From NCBI RefSeq assembly GCF_003334255.1, contig NZ_QOWU01000004.1: a DNA stretch of 64,000 bases. One strand, written 5' to 3'. Below are positions 1 to 16,595 of this stretch, in pieces. The position numbers and the translations under genes are program-made. The stretch comes from Escherichia coli (GTDB taxonomy: Bacteria > Pseudomonadota > Gammaproteobacteria > Enterobacterales > Enterobacteriaceae). The notes below the pieces were generated by a model that saw only the letters and a list, made by a program, of their open reading frames with translations, made no database searches and was not told where the DNA came from. How positions within the stretch are numbered: the stretch's first letter is position 1; each line of letters begins with the position of its first letter.

Positions 1-1065
<1,065 letters not shown>

Positions 1066-1107
1066 GTTTAGCCGGATAACGCGCCAGATCCGGCTTACAT
1101 CTCTGCA

Positions 1108-2127
<1,020 letters not shown>

Positions 2128-3354
2128 TTATCCTTTTACGCACACCACCTGACGCAGGGTATAGATAACTTCCACCAGATCGCTTTGTGCCGCCATCACC
2201 GCATCAATATCTTTATACGCCATCGGGATTTCGTCGATCACTTCGGCATCTTTACGGCATTCCACATGCGCGGTGGCACGAATTTGATCTTCCACGCTGA
2301 ACAGTTTTTTCGCTTTAGTTCGGCTCATTACCCGCCCGGCACCGTGGCTGCACGAACAGAACGACTCTTCATTTCCCAGCCCACGGACGATAAAGCTTTT
2401 TGCTCCCATCGAACCGGGAATAATTCCATATTGACCAGCACGCGCAGACACCGCGCCTTTACGCGTCACGTAGATCTCTTCACCAAAGTGCTGTTCTTTT
2501 TGCACATAGTTGTGGTGACAGTTGATCTCTTCCATCGCCAGCGTTTGTGGCTGTCTGACCGTTTTCTGCGTAATGCTCTGCAATGCCGTTACCACGTTTT
2601 CCATCATCGCATCGCGGTTAAGGCTGGCAAAAAGCTGCGCCCAGGCCACGGCTTTCAGGTAATCATCAAAGTATTCCGTACCTTCCATAAAGTACGCCAG
2701 ATCACGCGACGGCAACGTCTCAAGCGTTTCCTGCATCTCTTTTTGTGCCAGATCGATAAAGTAAGTCCCGATGGCGTTACCAATTCCGCGTGAACCGGAG
2801 TGCAGCATAATCCACACCTGGTCCGACTCATCAAGGCAGATTTCAATAAAGTGGTTACCGGTTCCCAGCGTTCCCAGGTGTTTATAGTTATTGGTATTCA
2901 GGAAACGGGGATATTTTTGCGTTAACCACTGATAACCGGCTTCAAGCTCAGCCCATTTAGCATCGACGTTAACAGGTGGATTTTCCCAGGCACCTTTATC
3001 ACGTTTACAACGGCCAGTGGTACGCCCGTGCGGCACGGCCGTTTCAATCGCCTGACGCAGCTCTGCCAGGTTTTCAGGCAGGTCTTCCGCCGTTAACGCG
3101 GTACGCAGCGCGTTCATTCCACAGCCAATATCCACGCCCACCGCCGCCGGAATAATCGCCCCTTTGGTCGGGATCACGCTACCAATGGTGGAACCTTTAC
3201 CCAGGTGTACATCAGGCATTACCGCAATATGTTTGAAAATAAACGGCATCTTCGCCGTATTAATAAGTTGCTGACGCGCATCGGCCTCTACCGGCACGCC
3301 TTTGGTCCACATTTTTACCGGGGCATTTTCAGTGGTCAGTAATTCGTAATTCAT
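2128..3354 (-). CDS. rtcB: RNA-splicing ligase RtcB
   Basis: 408-aa ORF; translation recognised as RtcB; sigma54 promoter immediately upstream. Confidence 0.95.
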   Translation of the reverse strand: MNYELLTTENAPVKMWTKGVPVEADARQQLINTAKMPFIFKHIAVMPDVHLGKGSTIGSVIPTKGAIIPAAVGVDIGCGMNALRTALTAEDLPENLAELRQAIETAVPHGRTTGRCKRDKGAWENPPVNVDAKWAELEAGYQWLTQKYPRFLNTNNYKHLGTLGTGNHFIEICLDESDQVWIMLHSGSRGIGNAIGTYFIDLAQKEMQETLETLPSRDLAYFMEGTEYFDDYLKAVAWAQLFASLNRDAMMENVVTALQSITQKTVRQPQTLAMEEINCHHNYVQKEQHFGEEIYVTRKGAVSARAGQYGIIPGSMGAKSFIVRGLGNEESFCSCSHGAGRVMSRTKAKKLFSVEDQIRATAHVECRKDAEVIDEIPMAYKDIDAVMAAQSDLVEVIYTLRQVVCVKG

Positions 3355-3391
3355 TTTGTTTTTCTCTTTTCGTTGTTTGCTGTCCTGATAA

Positions 3392-3408
3392 TTGCAACCG
3401 TCGTGCCA
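3392..3408 (-). promoter_or_regulatory. sigma54 (-24/-12) promoter of rtcBA
   Basis: Minus strand reads TGGCAC-GACGG-TTGCA, a perfect GG-N10-GC sigma54 element about 40 bp upstream of the rtcB start; divergent rtcR encodes the cognate enhancer-binding protein. Confidence 0.85.
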
Positions 3409-3542
3409 GAAAATTAAATAAGCAGCTTAATTTTTTAATTCATTGTTTTAAAAAAGATTATATCTTTACGTCCGTAACCGGAGATTTCCCGCAAAGCCAA
3501 TTTACCGATAATGAAATATCGTCTTTTATAAGGATATCTAAG

Positions 3543-5141
3543 ATGCGTAAAACAGTGGCTTTTGGCTTTGTCGGTACCGTACTGGATTATGCCGGGCGCG
3601 GCAGTCAGCGCTGGTCAAAATGGCGTCCGACACTCTGTTTATGCCAGCAAGAATCGTTGGTCATCGATCGACTGGAATTGTTGCACGACGCCCGCTCGCG
3701 CTCGCTATTTGAAACGCTTAAACGCGATATCGCCAGCGTTTCGCCAGAAACAGAAGTGGTGAGCGTTGAGATTGAACTGCATAACCCGTGGGATTTCGAA
3801 GAGGTCTACGCCTGCCTGCATGATTTCGCCCGTGGTTACGAGTTTCAGCCAGAAAAAGAAGACTATTTAATTCACATCACCACCGGTACCCACGTCGCGC
3901 AGATTTGCTGGTTTCTGCTGGCAGAAGCGCGTTACCTGCCCGCCCGGCTGATACAATCTTCACCTCCGCGCAAAAAAGAACAGCCGCGCGGCCCAGGTGA
4001 AGTAACGATTATCGATCTCGATTTAAGCCGTTATAACGCCATCGCCAGCCGCTTTGCCGAGGAACGCCAGCAAACGCTTGATTTTCTTAAGTCCGGCATT
4101 GCCACGCGTAACCCCCACTTCAACCGCATGATTGAGCAGATCGAAAAAGTGGCGATCAAATCCCGCGCGCCGATTCTGCTTAACGGTCCAACCGGCGCGG
4201 GCAAGTCATTTCTGGCGCGACGCATCTTCGAGTTAAAACAGGCGCGGCATCAGTTTAGCGGCGCGTTTGTGGAAGTGAACTGCGCCACCCTGCGCGGCGA
4301 TACCGCCATGTCGACGCTGTTTGGTCATGTAAAAGGCGCGTTTACCGGGGCGCGGGAATCTCGTGAAGGTTTATTACGCAGCGCCAACGGCGGAATGTTG
4401 TTTCTTGATGAGATTGGCGAACTGGGCGCAGACGAACAGGCAATGCTGCTGAAAGCCATTGAAGAGAAAACCTTTTACCCGTTTGGCAGCGATCGCCAGG
4501 TGAGCAGTGATTTTCAGCTTATCGCCGGAACGGTGCGCGATTTGCGCCAGCTGGTTGCCGAAGGCAAATTTCGCGAAGATCTGTACGCGCGGATCAATCT
4601 CTGGACCTTCACCCTGCCGGGTCTACGCCAGCGCCAGGAAGATATTGAACCGAACCTGGATTATGAAGTGGAGCGCCACGCCTCACTCACTGGCGACAGC
4701 GTGCGTTTTAACACCGAAGCGCGGCGCGCCTGGTTGGCTTTTGCGACCTCTCCCCAGGCAACATGGCGCGGTAACTTTCGCGAACTTTCTGCCAGCGTCA
4801 CGCGGATGGCCACCTTTGCCACTAGCGGACGCATCACTCTGGACGTGGTTGAAGATGAGATAAACCGTCTGCGCTATAACTGGCAGGAGAGCCGCCCCTC
4901 CGCGCTTACGGCGTTGCTGGGCGCAGAGGCAGAAAACATCGATCTCTTCGACCGTATGCAACTGGAACACGTTATCGCTATCTGCCGCCAGGCAAAGTCG
5001 CTTTCCGCAGCCGGACGCCAGCTTTTTGACGTTTCGCGCCAGGGCAAAGCCAGCGTCAATGACGCGGATCGGCTACGCAAATACCTGGCGCGTTTTGGTC
5101 TGACGTGGGAAGCCGTGCAGGATCAGCACAGCTCCAGTTGA
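3543..5141 (+). CDS. rtcR: sigma54-dependent transcriptional activator RtcR
   Basis: 532-aa ORF with AAA+ sigma54-interaction motifs ([22 protein letters not shown]). Confidence 0.95.
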   Translation: MRKTVAFGFVGTVLDYAGRGSQRWSKWRPTLCLCQQESLVIDRLELLHDARSRSLFETLKRDIASVSPETEVVSVEIELHNPWDFEEVYACLHDFARGYEFQPEKEDYLIHITTGTHVAQICWFLLAEARYLPARLIQSSPPRKKEQPRGPGEVTIIDLDLSRYNAIASRFAEERQQTLDFLKSGIATRNPHFNRMIEQIEKVAIKSRAPILLNGPTGAGKSFLARRIFELKQARHQFSGAFVEVNCATLRGDTAMSTLFGHVKGAFTGARESREGLLRSANGGMLFLDEIGELGADEQAMLLKAIEEKTFYPFGSDRQVSSDFQLIAGTVRDLRQLVAEGKFREDLYARINLWTFTLPGLRQRQEDIEPNLDYEVERHASLTGDSVRFNTEARRAWLAFATSPQATWRGNFRELSASVTRMATFATSGRITLDVVEDEINRLRYNWQESRPSALTALLGAEAENIDLFDRMQLEHVIAICRQAKSLSAAGRQLFDVSRQGKASVNDADRLRKYLARFGLTWEAVQDQHSSS

Positions 5142-5881
5142 ATATGGTGGTCCGTCAGCACCTGCATCACGCTTACTGGCGGCGGGGCGTCGGTGTAGAC
5201 GGCATCTACCATGCTGATGCTGCCCATATTGACCATCGCGTTACGGCCAAATTTCGAGTGATCGACAACCAGCATAACGTGGCGCGAGTTCTCAATAATG
5301 GCGCGTTTGGTGCGAACTTCGTGGTAATCGAACTCCAGCAGCGAGCCGTCGCTATCGATGCCGCTTATCCCCAGAATGCCGAAATCAAGGCGGAACTGGG
5401 AGATAAAATCGAGCGTCGCTTCGCCAATGATCCCGCCATCGCGGCTGCGTAATTCGCCACCGGCGAGAATGATGCGAAAATCTTCTTTTACCATCAACGT
5501 GTTAGCAACGTTGAGATTGTTGGTGACAATGCGCAAATTGCTGTGATTGAGCAGTGCGTGCGCTACCGCTTCCGGCGTGGTGCCGATATCGCTAAACAGC
5601 GTCGAGCCATTGGGGATTTGCTCCGCCACTTTGCGGGCGATGCGCTCTTTTTCTTCGGTCTGGGTGGCCTTGCGATCGTGCCACGGCGTGTTAACCGAAC
5701 TGGAAGGCAGCGCCGCACCGCCATGATGGCGCAGGATCAGGTTTTGCTCCGCCAGCTCATTGAGGTCGCGGCGAATAGTCTGCGGGCTGACGGAGAAATG
5801 CTCTACCAGCTCTTCGGTACTGACATAACCCTGCTGTTTAACCAGTTCGATAATACCGTTGTGACGTTGTGTTTGTTTCAT
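5123..5881 (-). CDS. glpR: DeoR-family glycerol-3-phosphate regulon repressor
   Basis: 252-aa ORF recognised as GlpR; its 3' end overlaps the rtcR 3' end by 19 bp. Confidence 0.95.
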   Translation of the reverse strand: MKQTQRHNGIIELVKQQGYVSTEELVEHFSVSPQTIRRDLNELAEQNLILRHHGGAALPSSSVNTPWHDRKATQTEEKERIARKVAEQIPNGSTLFSDIGTTPEAVAHALLNHSNLRIVTNNLNVANTLMVKEDFRIILAGGELRSRDGGIIGEATLDFISQFRLDFGILGISGIDSDGSLLEFDYHEVRTKRAIIENSRHVMLVVDHSKFGRNAMVNMGSISMVDAVYTDAPPPVSVMQVLTDHHIQLELC

Positions 5882-5897
5882 TTATAAATCCCTGGAA

Positions 5898-6740
<843 letters not shown>

Positions 6741-6772
6741 TTATTCCACACAAAAGGGGACAGTATAAAGCG

Positions 6773-7177
<405 letters not shown>

Positions 7178-7237
7178 TTATACATATCACTCTAAAATGT
7201 TTTTTCAATGTTACCTAAAGCGCGATTCTTTGCTAAT

Positions 7238-7255
7238 ATGTTCGATAACGAACAT
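7238..7255. promoter_or_regulatory. GlpR operator in the glpD / glpEGR divergent control region
   Basis: Perfect inverted repeat ATGTTCG-ATAA-CGAACAT, matching the GlpR operator half-site (TGTTCGATAACGAACA) and overlapping a TAATAT -10-like hexamer upstream of glpD. Confidence 0.75.
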
Positions 7256-7288
7256 TTATGAGCTTTAACGAAAGTGAATGAGGGCAGC

Positions 7289-8794
7289 ATGGAAACCAAA
7301 GATCTGATTGTGATAGGGGGCGGCATCAATGGTGCTGGTATCGCGGCAGACGCCGCTGGACGCGGTTTATCCGTGCTGATGCTGGAGGCGCAGGATCTCG
7401 CTTGCGCGACCTCTTCCGCCAGTTCAAAACTCATTCACGGTGGCCTGCGCTACCTTGAGCACTATGAATTCCGCCTGGTCAGCGAGGCGCTGGCTGAACG
7501 TGAAGTGCTGCTGAAAATGGCCCCGCATATCGCCTTCCCGATGCGTTTTCGCCTGCCACATCGTCCGCATCTGCGCCCGGCGTGGATGATTCGCATTGGT
7601 CTGTTTATGTACGATCATCTGGGTAAACGCACCAGCTTGCCGGGATCAACTGGTTTGCGTTTTGGCGCAAATTCAGTGTTAAAACCGGAAATTAAGCGCG
7701 GATTCGAATATTCTGACTGTTGGGTAGACGACGCCCGTCTGGTACTCGCCAACGCCCAGATGGTGGTGCGTAAAGGCGGCGAAGTGCTTACTCGGACTCG
7801 CGCCACCTCTGCTCGCCGCGAAAACGGCCTGTGGATTGTGGAAGCGGAAGATATCGATACCGGCAAAAAATATAGCTGGCAAGCGCGCGGCTTGGTTAAC
7901 GCCACCGGCCCGTGGGTGAAACAGTTCTTCGACGACGGGATGCATCTGCCTTCGCCTTATGGCATTCGCCTGATCAAAGGCAGCCATATTGTGGTGCCGC
8001 GCGTGCATACCCAGAAGCAAGCCTACATTCTGCAAAACGAAGATAAACGTATTGTGTTCGTGATCCCGTGGATGGACGAGTTTTCCATCATCGGCACTAC
8101 CGATGTCGAGTACAAAGGCGATCCGAAAGCGGTGAAGATTGAAGAGAGTGAAATCAATTACCTGCTGAATGTGTATAACACGCACTTTAAAAAGCAGTTA
8201 AGCCGTGACGATATCGTCTGGACCTACTCCGGTGTGCGTCCGCTGTGTGATGATGAGTCCGACTCGCCGCAGGCTATTACCCGTGATTACACCCTTGATA
8301 TTCATGATGAAAATGGCAAAGCACCGCTGCTGTCGGTATTCGGCGGTAAGCTGACCACCTACCGAAAACTGGCGGAACATGCGCTGGAAAAACTAACGCC
8401 GTATTATCAGGGTATTGGCCCGGCATGGACGAAAGAGAGTGTGCTACCGGGTGGCGCCATTGAAGGCGACCGCGACGATTATGCCGCTCGCCTGCGCCGC
8501 CGCTATCCGTTCCTGACTGAATCGCTGGCGCGTCATTACGCTCGCACTTACGGCAGCAACAGCGAGCTGCTGCTCGGCAATGCGGGAACGGTAAGCGATC
8601 TCGGGGAAGATTTCGGTCATGAGTTCTACGAAGCGGAGCTGAAATACCTGGTGGATCACGAATGGGTCCGCCGCGCCGACGACGCCCTGTGGCGTCGCAC
8701 AAAACAAGGCATGTGGCTAAATGCGGATCAACAATCTCGTGTGAGTCAGTGGCTGGTGGAGTATACGCAGCAGAGGTTATCGCTGGCGTCGTAA
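7289..8794 (+). CDS. glpD: aerobic glycerol-3-phosphate dehydrogenase (FAD)
   Basis: ORF track 7274..8794; start trimmed to METKDLIVIGGGINGAG (501 aa) with an FAD-binding GxGxxG motif. Confidence 0.95.
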   Translation: METKDLIVIGGGINGAGIAADAAGRGLSVLMLEAQDLACATSSASSKLIHGGLRYLEHYEFRLVSEALAEREVLLKMAPHIAFPMRFRLPHRPHLRPAWMIRIGLFMYDHLGKRTSLPGSTGLRFGANSVLKPEIKRGFEYSDCWVDDARLVLANAQMVVRKGGEVLTRTRATSARRENGLWIVEAEDIDTGKKYSWQARGLVNATGPWVKQFFDDGMHLPSPYGIRLIKGSHIVVPRVHTQKQAYILQNEDKRIVFVIPWMDEFSIIGTTDVEYKGDPKAVKIEESEINYLLNVYNTHFKKQLSRDDIVWTYSGVRPLCDDESDSPQAITRDYTLDIHDENGKAPLLSVFGGKLTTYRKLAEHALEKLTPYYQGIGPAWTKESVLPGGAIEGDRDDYAARLRRRYPFLTESLARHYARTYGSNSELLLGNAGTVSDLGEDFGHEFYEAELKYLVDHEWVRRADDALWRRTKQGMWLNADQQSRVSQWLVEYTQQRLSLAS

Positions 8795-8856
8795 ATTAAC
8801 GTAAGGTGATCAGGTCAGATTTCAATCTGGCCTGAGACTGATGACAAACACAAAAC

Positions 8857-8958
8857 TGCCTGATGCGCTACGCTTATCAGGCCTACGTGGTTTATGCAAT
8901 ATATTGAATTTGCATGGTCTTGTAGGCCAGATAAGACGTTCACGTCGCATCCGGCATG
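8857..8958. repeat. REP/BIME element (two inverted REP units)
   Basis: GCCTGATGCGCTACGCTTATCAGGCCTAC and inverted GTAGGCCAGATAAGACG...CATCCGGCATG units downstream of glpD. Confidence 0.8.
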
Positions 8959-8999
8959 AACAAAGCGCACTTTGTCAAAAATCTAACCTACTTTTTAAT

Positions 9000-9293
9000 T
9001 CAGGGAATTACCGCAAAGCCCACGCCATCATACCCAACGTAACAAAACTCAGGCACGTTCCCCACTCGCCCCGAGAAAAATAGCATTAATGCGCCCAGCG
9101 CCAGCATAAAAATTTTGAGCAGAAGGTAAATTGTTGGCGTGATAAGGATATTACAAACTTCAATAATACCGGCAAGTCCGACACCCAGCATGGCAATAAC
9201 CACCGCCAAAAATTGCGCCAGTATGGGGATGCCGAAAAAAGTCATTACCAGCGAGGTCAAAATCCATTTTCTGTTTTGCATTATTCTTTCCAT
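9000..9293 (-). CDS. hypothetical small hydrophobic protein (possibly the K-12 yzgL ORF; uncertain)
   Basis: 97-aa ORF, almost entirely hydrophobic, located downstream of the glgP terminator; not recognised as a known family. Confidence 0.35.
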   Translation of the reverse strand: MERIMQNRKWILTSLVMTFFGIPILAQFLAVVIAMLGVGLAGIIEVCNILITPTIYLLLKIFMLALGALMLFFSGRVGNVPEFCYVGYDGVGFAVIP

Positions 9294-9365
9294 TCTTTTT
9301 GAATGGTGAAATTATACTCCCCGAGTCCCCTTGCCCCTTCTGGACACTTTTCCGAAATGATGGCG

Positions 9366-9393
9366 GAAAAAAACGGGACCCTTTGGCCCCGTT
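9366..9393 (-). terminator. intrinsic terminator downstream of glgP
   Basis: Minus strand GC hairpin (AACGGGGCCAAAGGGTCCCGTT) followed by a T7 run, 17 bp after the glgP stop. Confidence 0.7.
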
Positions 9394-9409
9394 CTATTTA
9401 TTGGTGAAC

Positions 9410-11875
<2,466 letters not shown>

Positions 11876-13309
11876 CTATTTCAAGCGATAGTAAAGCTCA
11901 CGGTACGACTTCGCCGCGACCTGCCAGCTAAAATCCATTGCCATAGCCTGACGTTGCACAAACCGCCACAGTGAAGGACGGGACCACAGTACAAAAGCAC
12001 GTCGAATAGCCCGTAACAGCGACCAGGCATTACTATCTTCAAAGACAAACCCACTGGCGACGCCATCTGCAAGGTTCTCAAGAGAACAGTCAGAAACCGT
12101 ATCAGCAAGCCCACCGGTGCGCCGCACTAACGGCAGCGTACCGTACTTCAATCCATAAAGTTGCGTTAAGCCGCACGGTTCAAAACGGCTGGGCACCAGA
12201 ATGACGTCCGCGCCGCCCATAATGCGATGCGAAAATGCTTCGTGATAGCCAATCTGAACGCCCACCTGACCGGGGTATTCCGCTGCCGCCGCAAGGAAAC
12301 CTTCCTGCAGCACCGGATCGCCCGCGCCGAGTAGCGCCAGCTGCCCGCCCTGCTCCAGAAGACCCGGTAAGGCTTCCAGCACCAGGTCGAGACCTTTCTG
12401 GCTGGTCAGACGGCTCACCACTGCAAAAAGCGGCACTTTATCGTCAACCTTAAGCCCCATTGCGATTTGTAACTGGCGCTTATTTTCCGCTTTATCTTCC
12501 AACGTATCGCGGGTGTAACGCGAGGCCAACAGTAAGTCCGTCTCTGGACTCCAGATTTTCTCGTCCACGCCGTTCAGTACGCCGGAAAGACGCCCTTCAC
12601 GGTGACGCTGTTGCAACAGACCTTCCATACCGTAGGCAAACTGCGGTTCGGTGATCTCGCGAGCGTAGGTTGGACTGACCGCCGTAATGTGATCGGCATA
12701 GTACAGACCGGCCTTCAGGAAAGAGATTTGTCCGTTGAATTCCAGCCCATGAATATTAAAGAATGACCATGGCAATTGGATGTCATTCATGTGATGTGCA
12801 TAAAACATGCCTTGATAGGCCAGGTTGTGCACAGTAAACACCGACTTCGCCGGACGCCCGCGCGCCGCCAGATACGCAGGCGCAAGGCCTGCATGCCAGT
12901 CGTGCGCATGCACCACATCAGGACGCCAGAATGGGTCAAGCCCGCTGGCCATTTCTGCCCCAACCCACCCCAGCAGCGCAAAACGCAATACGTTGTCGGT
13001 ATAGGCAAATAAGTTGGTATCGTGATACGGGCTTCCCGGACGATCATAGAGATGCGGCGCGTCAATCAGGTAAATGCCAACCCCGTTGTAATGACCGAAC
13101 AACAGCGTGATATGTCCGGCGAAGGTATCACGACGGGATACTACCTGCGCATCGGTCACGCCACGGCGAATATCGGGAAATGCAGGCAACAGTACGCGAG
13201 CGTCAACGCCGTCTGCGATTTGTGCTGCGGGTAATGCCCCAATAACATCAGCCAGACCGCCGGTTTTAAGCAGCGGGAACATCTCTGAACATACATGTAA
13301 AACCTGCAT
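11876..13309 (-). CDS. glgA: glycogen synthase
   Basis: 477-aa ORF ([22 protein letters not shown]...). Confidence 0.97.
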
Positions 13310-14604
13310 TATCGCTCCTGTTTATGCCCTAACTTCCGTAGCATTTCGCGCGTTACCAGCACGATGCCTTCTTCTGAACGATAGAAACGACGTGCATCTT
13401 CCTCTGCGTTTTCACCAATCACCATGCCTTCCGGAATAACACAAGCACGATCGATGACGCAGCGGCGCAGACGGCACGAGCGACCTACCCATACTTCCGG
13501 TAACAATACGGCGGAATCAATGTTGCAGAATGAATTCACGCGAACGCGCGAGAACAGAACGGACTGCACCACCACCGAACCGGAGATCACACAACCGCCG
13601 GAAACCAGTGAGTTAAGGGTCATCCCGTGGCTACCGGAGCGATCCTGCACGAATTTCGCTGGCGGTAATGATTCATTGTAGGTGCGAATTGGCCAATTGC
13701 GATCGTACATATCCAGTTCCGGCACCACAGAGGCCAGATCGAGGTTCGCTTTCCAGTAAGCTTCCAGCGTACCCACATCGCGCCAGTACGGCTCGGCATC
13801 CGGGTCGGATTGTACGCAAGAGAGCGGGAACGGGTGCGCATAGGCCAGACCGGCTTCGGTGATCTTGGGAATCAAATCTTTGCCAAAGTCGTGGCTGGAG
13901 TTCTCATCGCGATCGTCTTCTTCCAGCAGTTCATACAGATAGTCGGCGTCAAAGACGTAGATACCCATACTCGCCAGAGATTTGCTCGGATCGTTCGGCA
14001 TTGACGGCGGGTTAGCAGGTTTTTCAACGAATTCGATAATTTTATCGTTCTCATCAACCGCCATAACGCCAAATGCGGAGGCTTCTTCAATCGGTACTGG
14101 CATACAAGCAACGGTGCAACGTGCGCCTTTTTCGACGTGATCGATAAGCATACGCGAGTAGTCTTGCTTGTAGATATGGTCGCCCGCCAGGATCACCACG
14201 TATTCCGCTTTATAACGGCGGATAATGTCGAGGTTTTGGGTGACCGCATCTGCGGTGCCGCGATACCAGTTTTCCCCTTTCATTCTCTGCTGTGCTGGCA
14301 GCAGATCGACAAACTCGTTCATTTCTTCATTGAAGAATGACCAGCCGCGCTGAATGTGCTGCACCAGAGTGTGGGACTGGTACTGGGTGATCACGCCCAT
14401 ACGACGGATCCCGGAGTTGATGCAGTTAGACAGCGCAAAGTCGATAATGCGGAACTTACCGCCGAAGTGTACGGCCGGTTTTGCTCGCTTATTGGTTAAA
14501 TCCTTCAGGCGGGTACCACGTCCTCCCGCCAGTATCAGGGCAACAGATTTCAATGGCAGCTGGCGCGCCAACATTAAGTGATCGTTCTTCTCTAAACTAA
14601 CCAT
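13309..14604 (-). CDS. glgC: glucose-1-phosphate adenylyltransferase
   Basis: ORF track 13309..14640; start trimmed to [15 protein letters not shown] (431 aa); stop overlaps the glgA ATG (TAATG). Confidence 0.93.
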
Positions 14605-14621
14605 GACTAACTCCTTTTTTA

Positions 14622-16595
14622 TCATCTCTGGAACACACACAATCCGTGTGCAGGTCCCTGCCAGACAGCCGTAATCACTGGGTTATCCTCTCCAGCGAAT
14701 GGGGGAATGGCGTGCCACTCCCCAGCAGGTAAAACAATCTCTGTTACCTCAAGCGTGGCGTTAATTGCGATCAAAAAGCGATCCGAGAGCAGAATTTGCA
14801 GCTGTTTCGGCCCGTTTTGCCACTCATCCGTGCTTAAAGGTTGAGCATATCGATTTAGCCAACGGACATTGCCGTCGCCTTCTTCCCACCAGCGATTCTC
14901 CACCAAAGCGGGAATGCGCTTGCGCAGATGGATTAACGCGGCGGTAAATGCGGTTAAACCACTGCTTGCCTGCGACCAGTCCAACCAGGTTAATTGGTTA
15001 TCCTGACAGTAGGCATTGTTATTGCCATGCTGGCTGTGACCATGTTCGTCACCGGCCAGTAACATCGGCGTACCCTGGGAGAGCAACAACGTTGTTAACA
15101 GGGCGTGAATGCTGTCGCGCCGCCGTTCAACCAGGTCAAGAGAACCGCCTAACCCTTCTTTACCATGATTGTTACTGTAATTGTTGTTGGTCCCGTCGCG
15201 ATTTTCTTCTCCGTTTGCTTCATTGTGTTTATGGTTGAAGCAAACGCAGTCGCGAAGCGTAAAACCGTCATGCGCGGTGACGAGATTAATCGCGGCACTC
15301 GGCAGACGACCATTACGTTTAAAAACATCGCTGGAGGCAGCAAAACGCCCGGCAAACGCCCCCAGAGGCAAATCATAATGTAGCCAGAAACGACGGGCAG
15401 CATCGCGGAAATGATCGTTCCACTCGGCAAACAGCGGCGGGAAATTTCCCACCTGATAACCACCAGGAGCGATATCCCACGGTTCAGCAATTAACTTCAC
15501 CTGCGAGAGCACCGGGCAGTTCTGGATAGCGGTAAACAACGGCGCATCCTGACGGAACTCTGGCGTACGGCCCATGACTGCCGCCAGATCAAAGCGGAAA
15601 CCATCGACGTGGCAGGTTTCTACCCAATAACGCAGGCAGGCGCTGGCATAATCCACCACCGCCGGATGACTCAAATTGAGCGTGTTGCCGCAACCGGTCC
15701 AGTTGTGATAATCGCCGTCTTCTCTTATCCAATAATAGCTACGGTTATCGATCCCACGCAGCGAGAATAACGGGCCGTCGAGGTCCAGTTCCGCACTATG
15801 GTTGAGCACGATATCAAGAATGACTTCGATACCCGCTTTATGCAGTGCTTTGATTGCATCGCGAAACTCATCCAGCGCCGTTTCTGGCGAGCAGGCATAC
15901 GCCGGATGCAGCGCAAACATCGCCACCGGGTTGTAACCCCAGTAGTTACTTAGCCCCATGCGTTGCAGACGTGGTTCACTGGCAAACTGCGCCACTGGCA
16001 GCAGTTCCAGCGCGGTAATGCCCAATTGTTTCAAATAGTTGATCATCACCGGATGCCCGAGGGCTTTATAAGTGCCACGGATCTCGACCGGGATCTCCGG
16101 GTGCAAGTACGTTAATCCTTTGACATGGGCTTCATAAATGATGGTGCTGCCCCACGGCGTGCGCGGCGGGGCATCATCTTCCCAGTCATAGTGATCAACC
16201 ACCACTACGCATTTCGGCGCAATGGCGGCGTTGTCGCGATAGTCAGGTTCATTATGACCGGCGTGCAGCAGCGGGTTATCTTTAAACTCCCCGTCAATTT
16301 GCCGCGCGCAAGGATCAATCAACAACTTCGCCGGGTTAAAGCGATGCCCCTCGGCGGGTTGCCAGGGGCCATGAACGCGATAACCATAACGCAAACCCGG
16401 GCGCGCATCCGGCAGATAACCGTGCCAAATGTCGCCACTGTGCCCTGGCAAGTCATAGCGATGTTCCTGGCCATTGGCGTCAAAGACACACAGTTCTACC
16501 CGCTCGGCATGAGCGGAGAAAAGTGTGAAGTTGACGCCCTGACCGTCGTAATGCGCGCCGAGGGGAGCGGGTTTGCCAATGGCGAGTTGTGTCAT
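14622..16595 (-). CDS. glgX: glycogen debranching enzyme
   Basis: 657-aa ORF recognised as GlgX. Confidence 0.97.

Noticed and set aside
1073-1098. Hairpin GCCGGAT-N10-ATCCGGC between malT and rtcA as a terminator
   Set aside because: No U-tract on either strand; may be a degenerate REP-like palindrome but evidence is too weak to list as a feature.
8841-9083. 80-aa ORF across the glpD-downstream REP element (and 42761..43009 / 42832..43032 across the panZ-livJ REP)
   Set aside because: Spans REP palindromes; translation of a repeat, not a gene.
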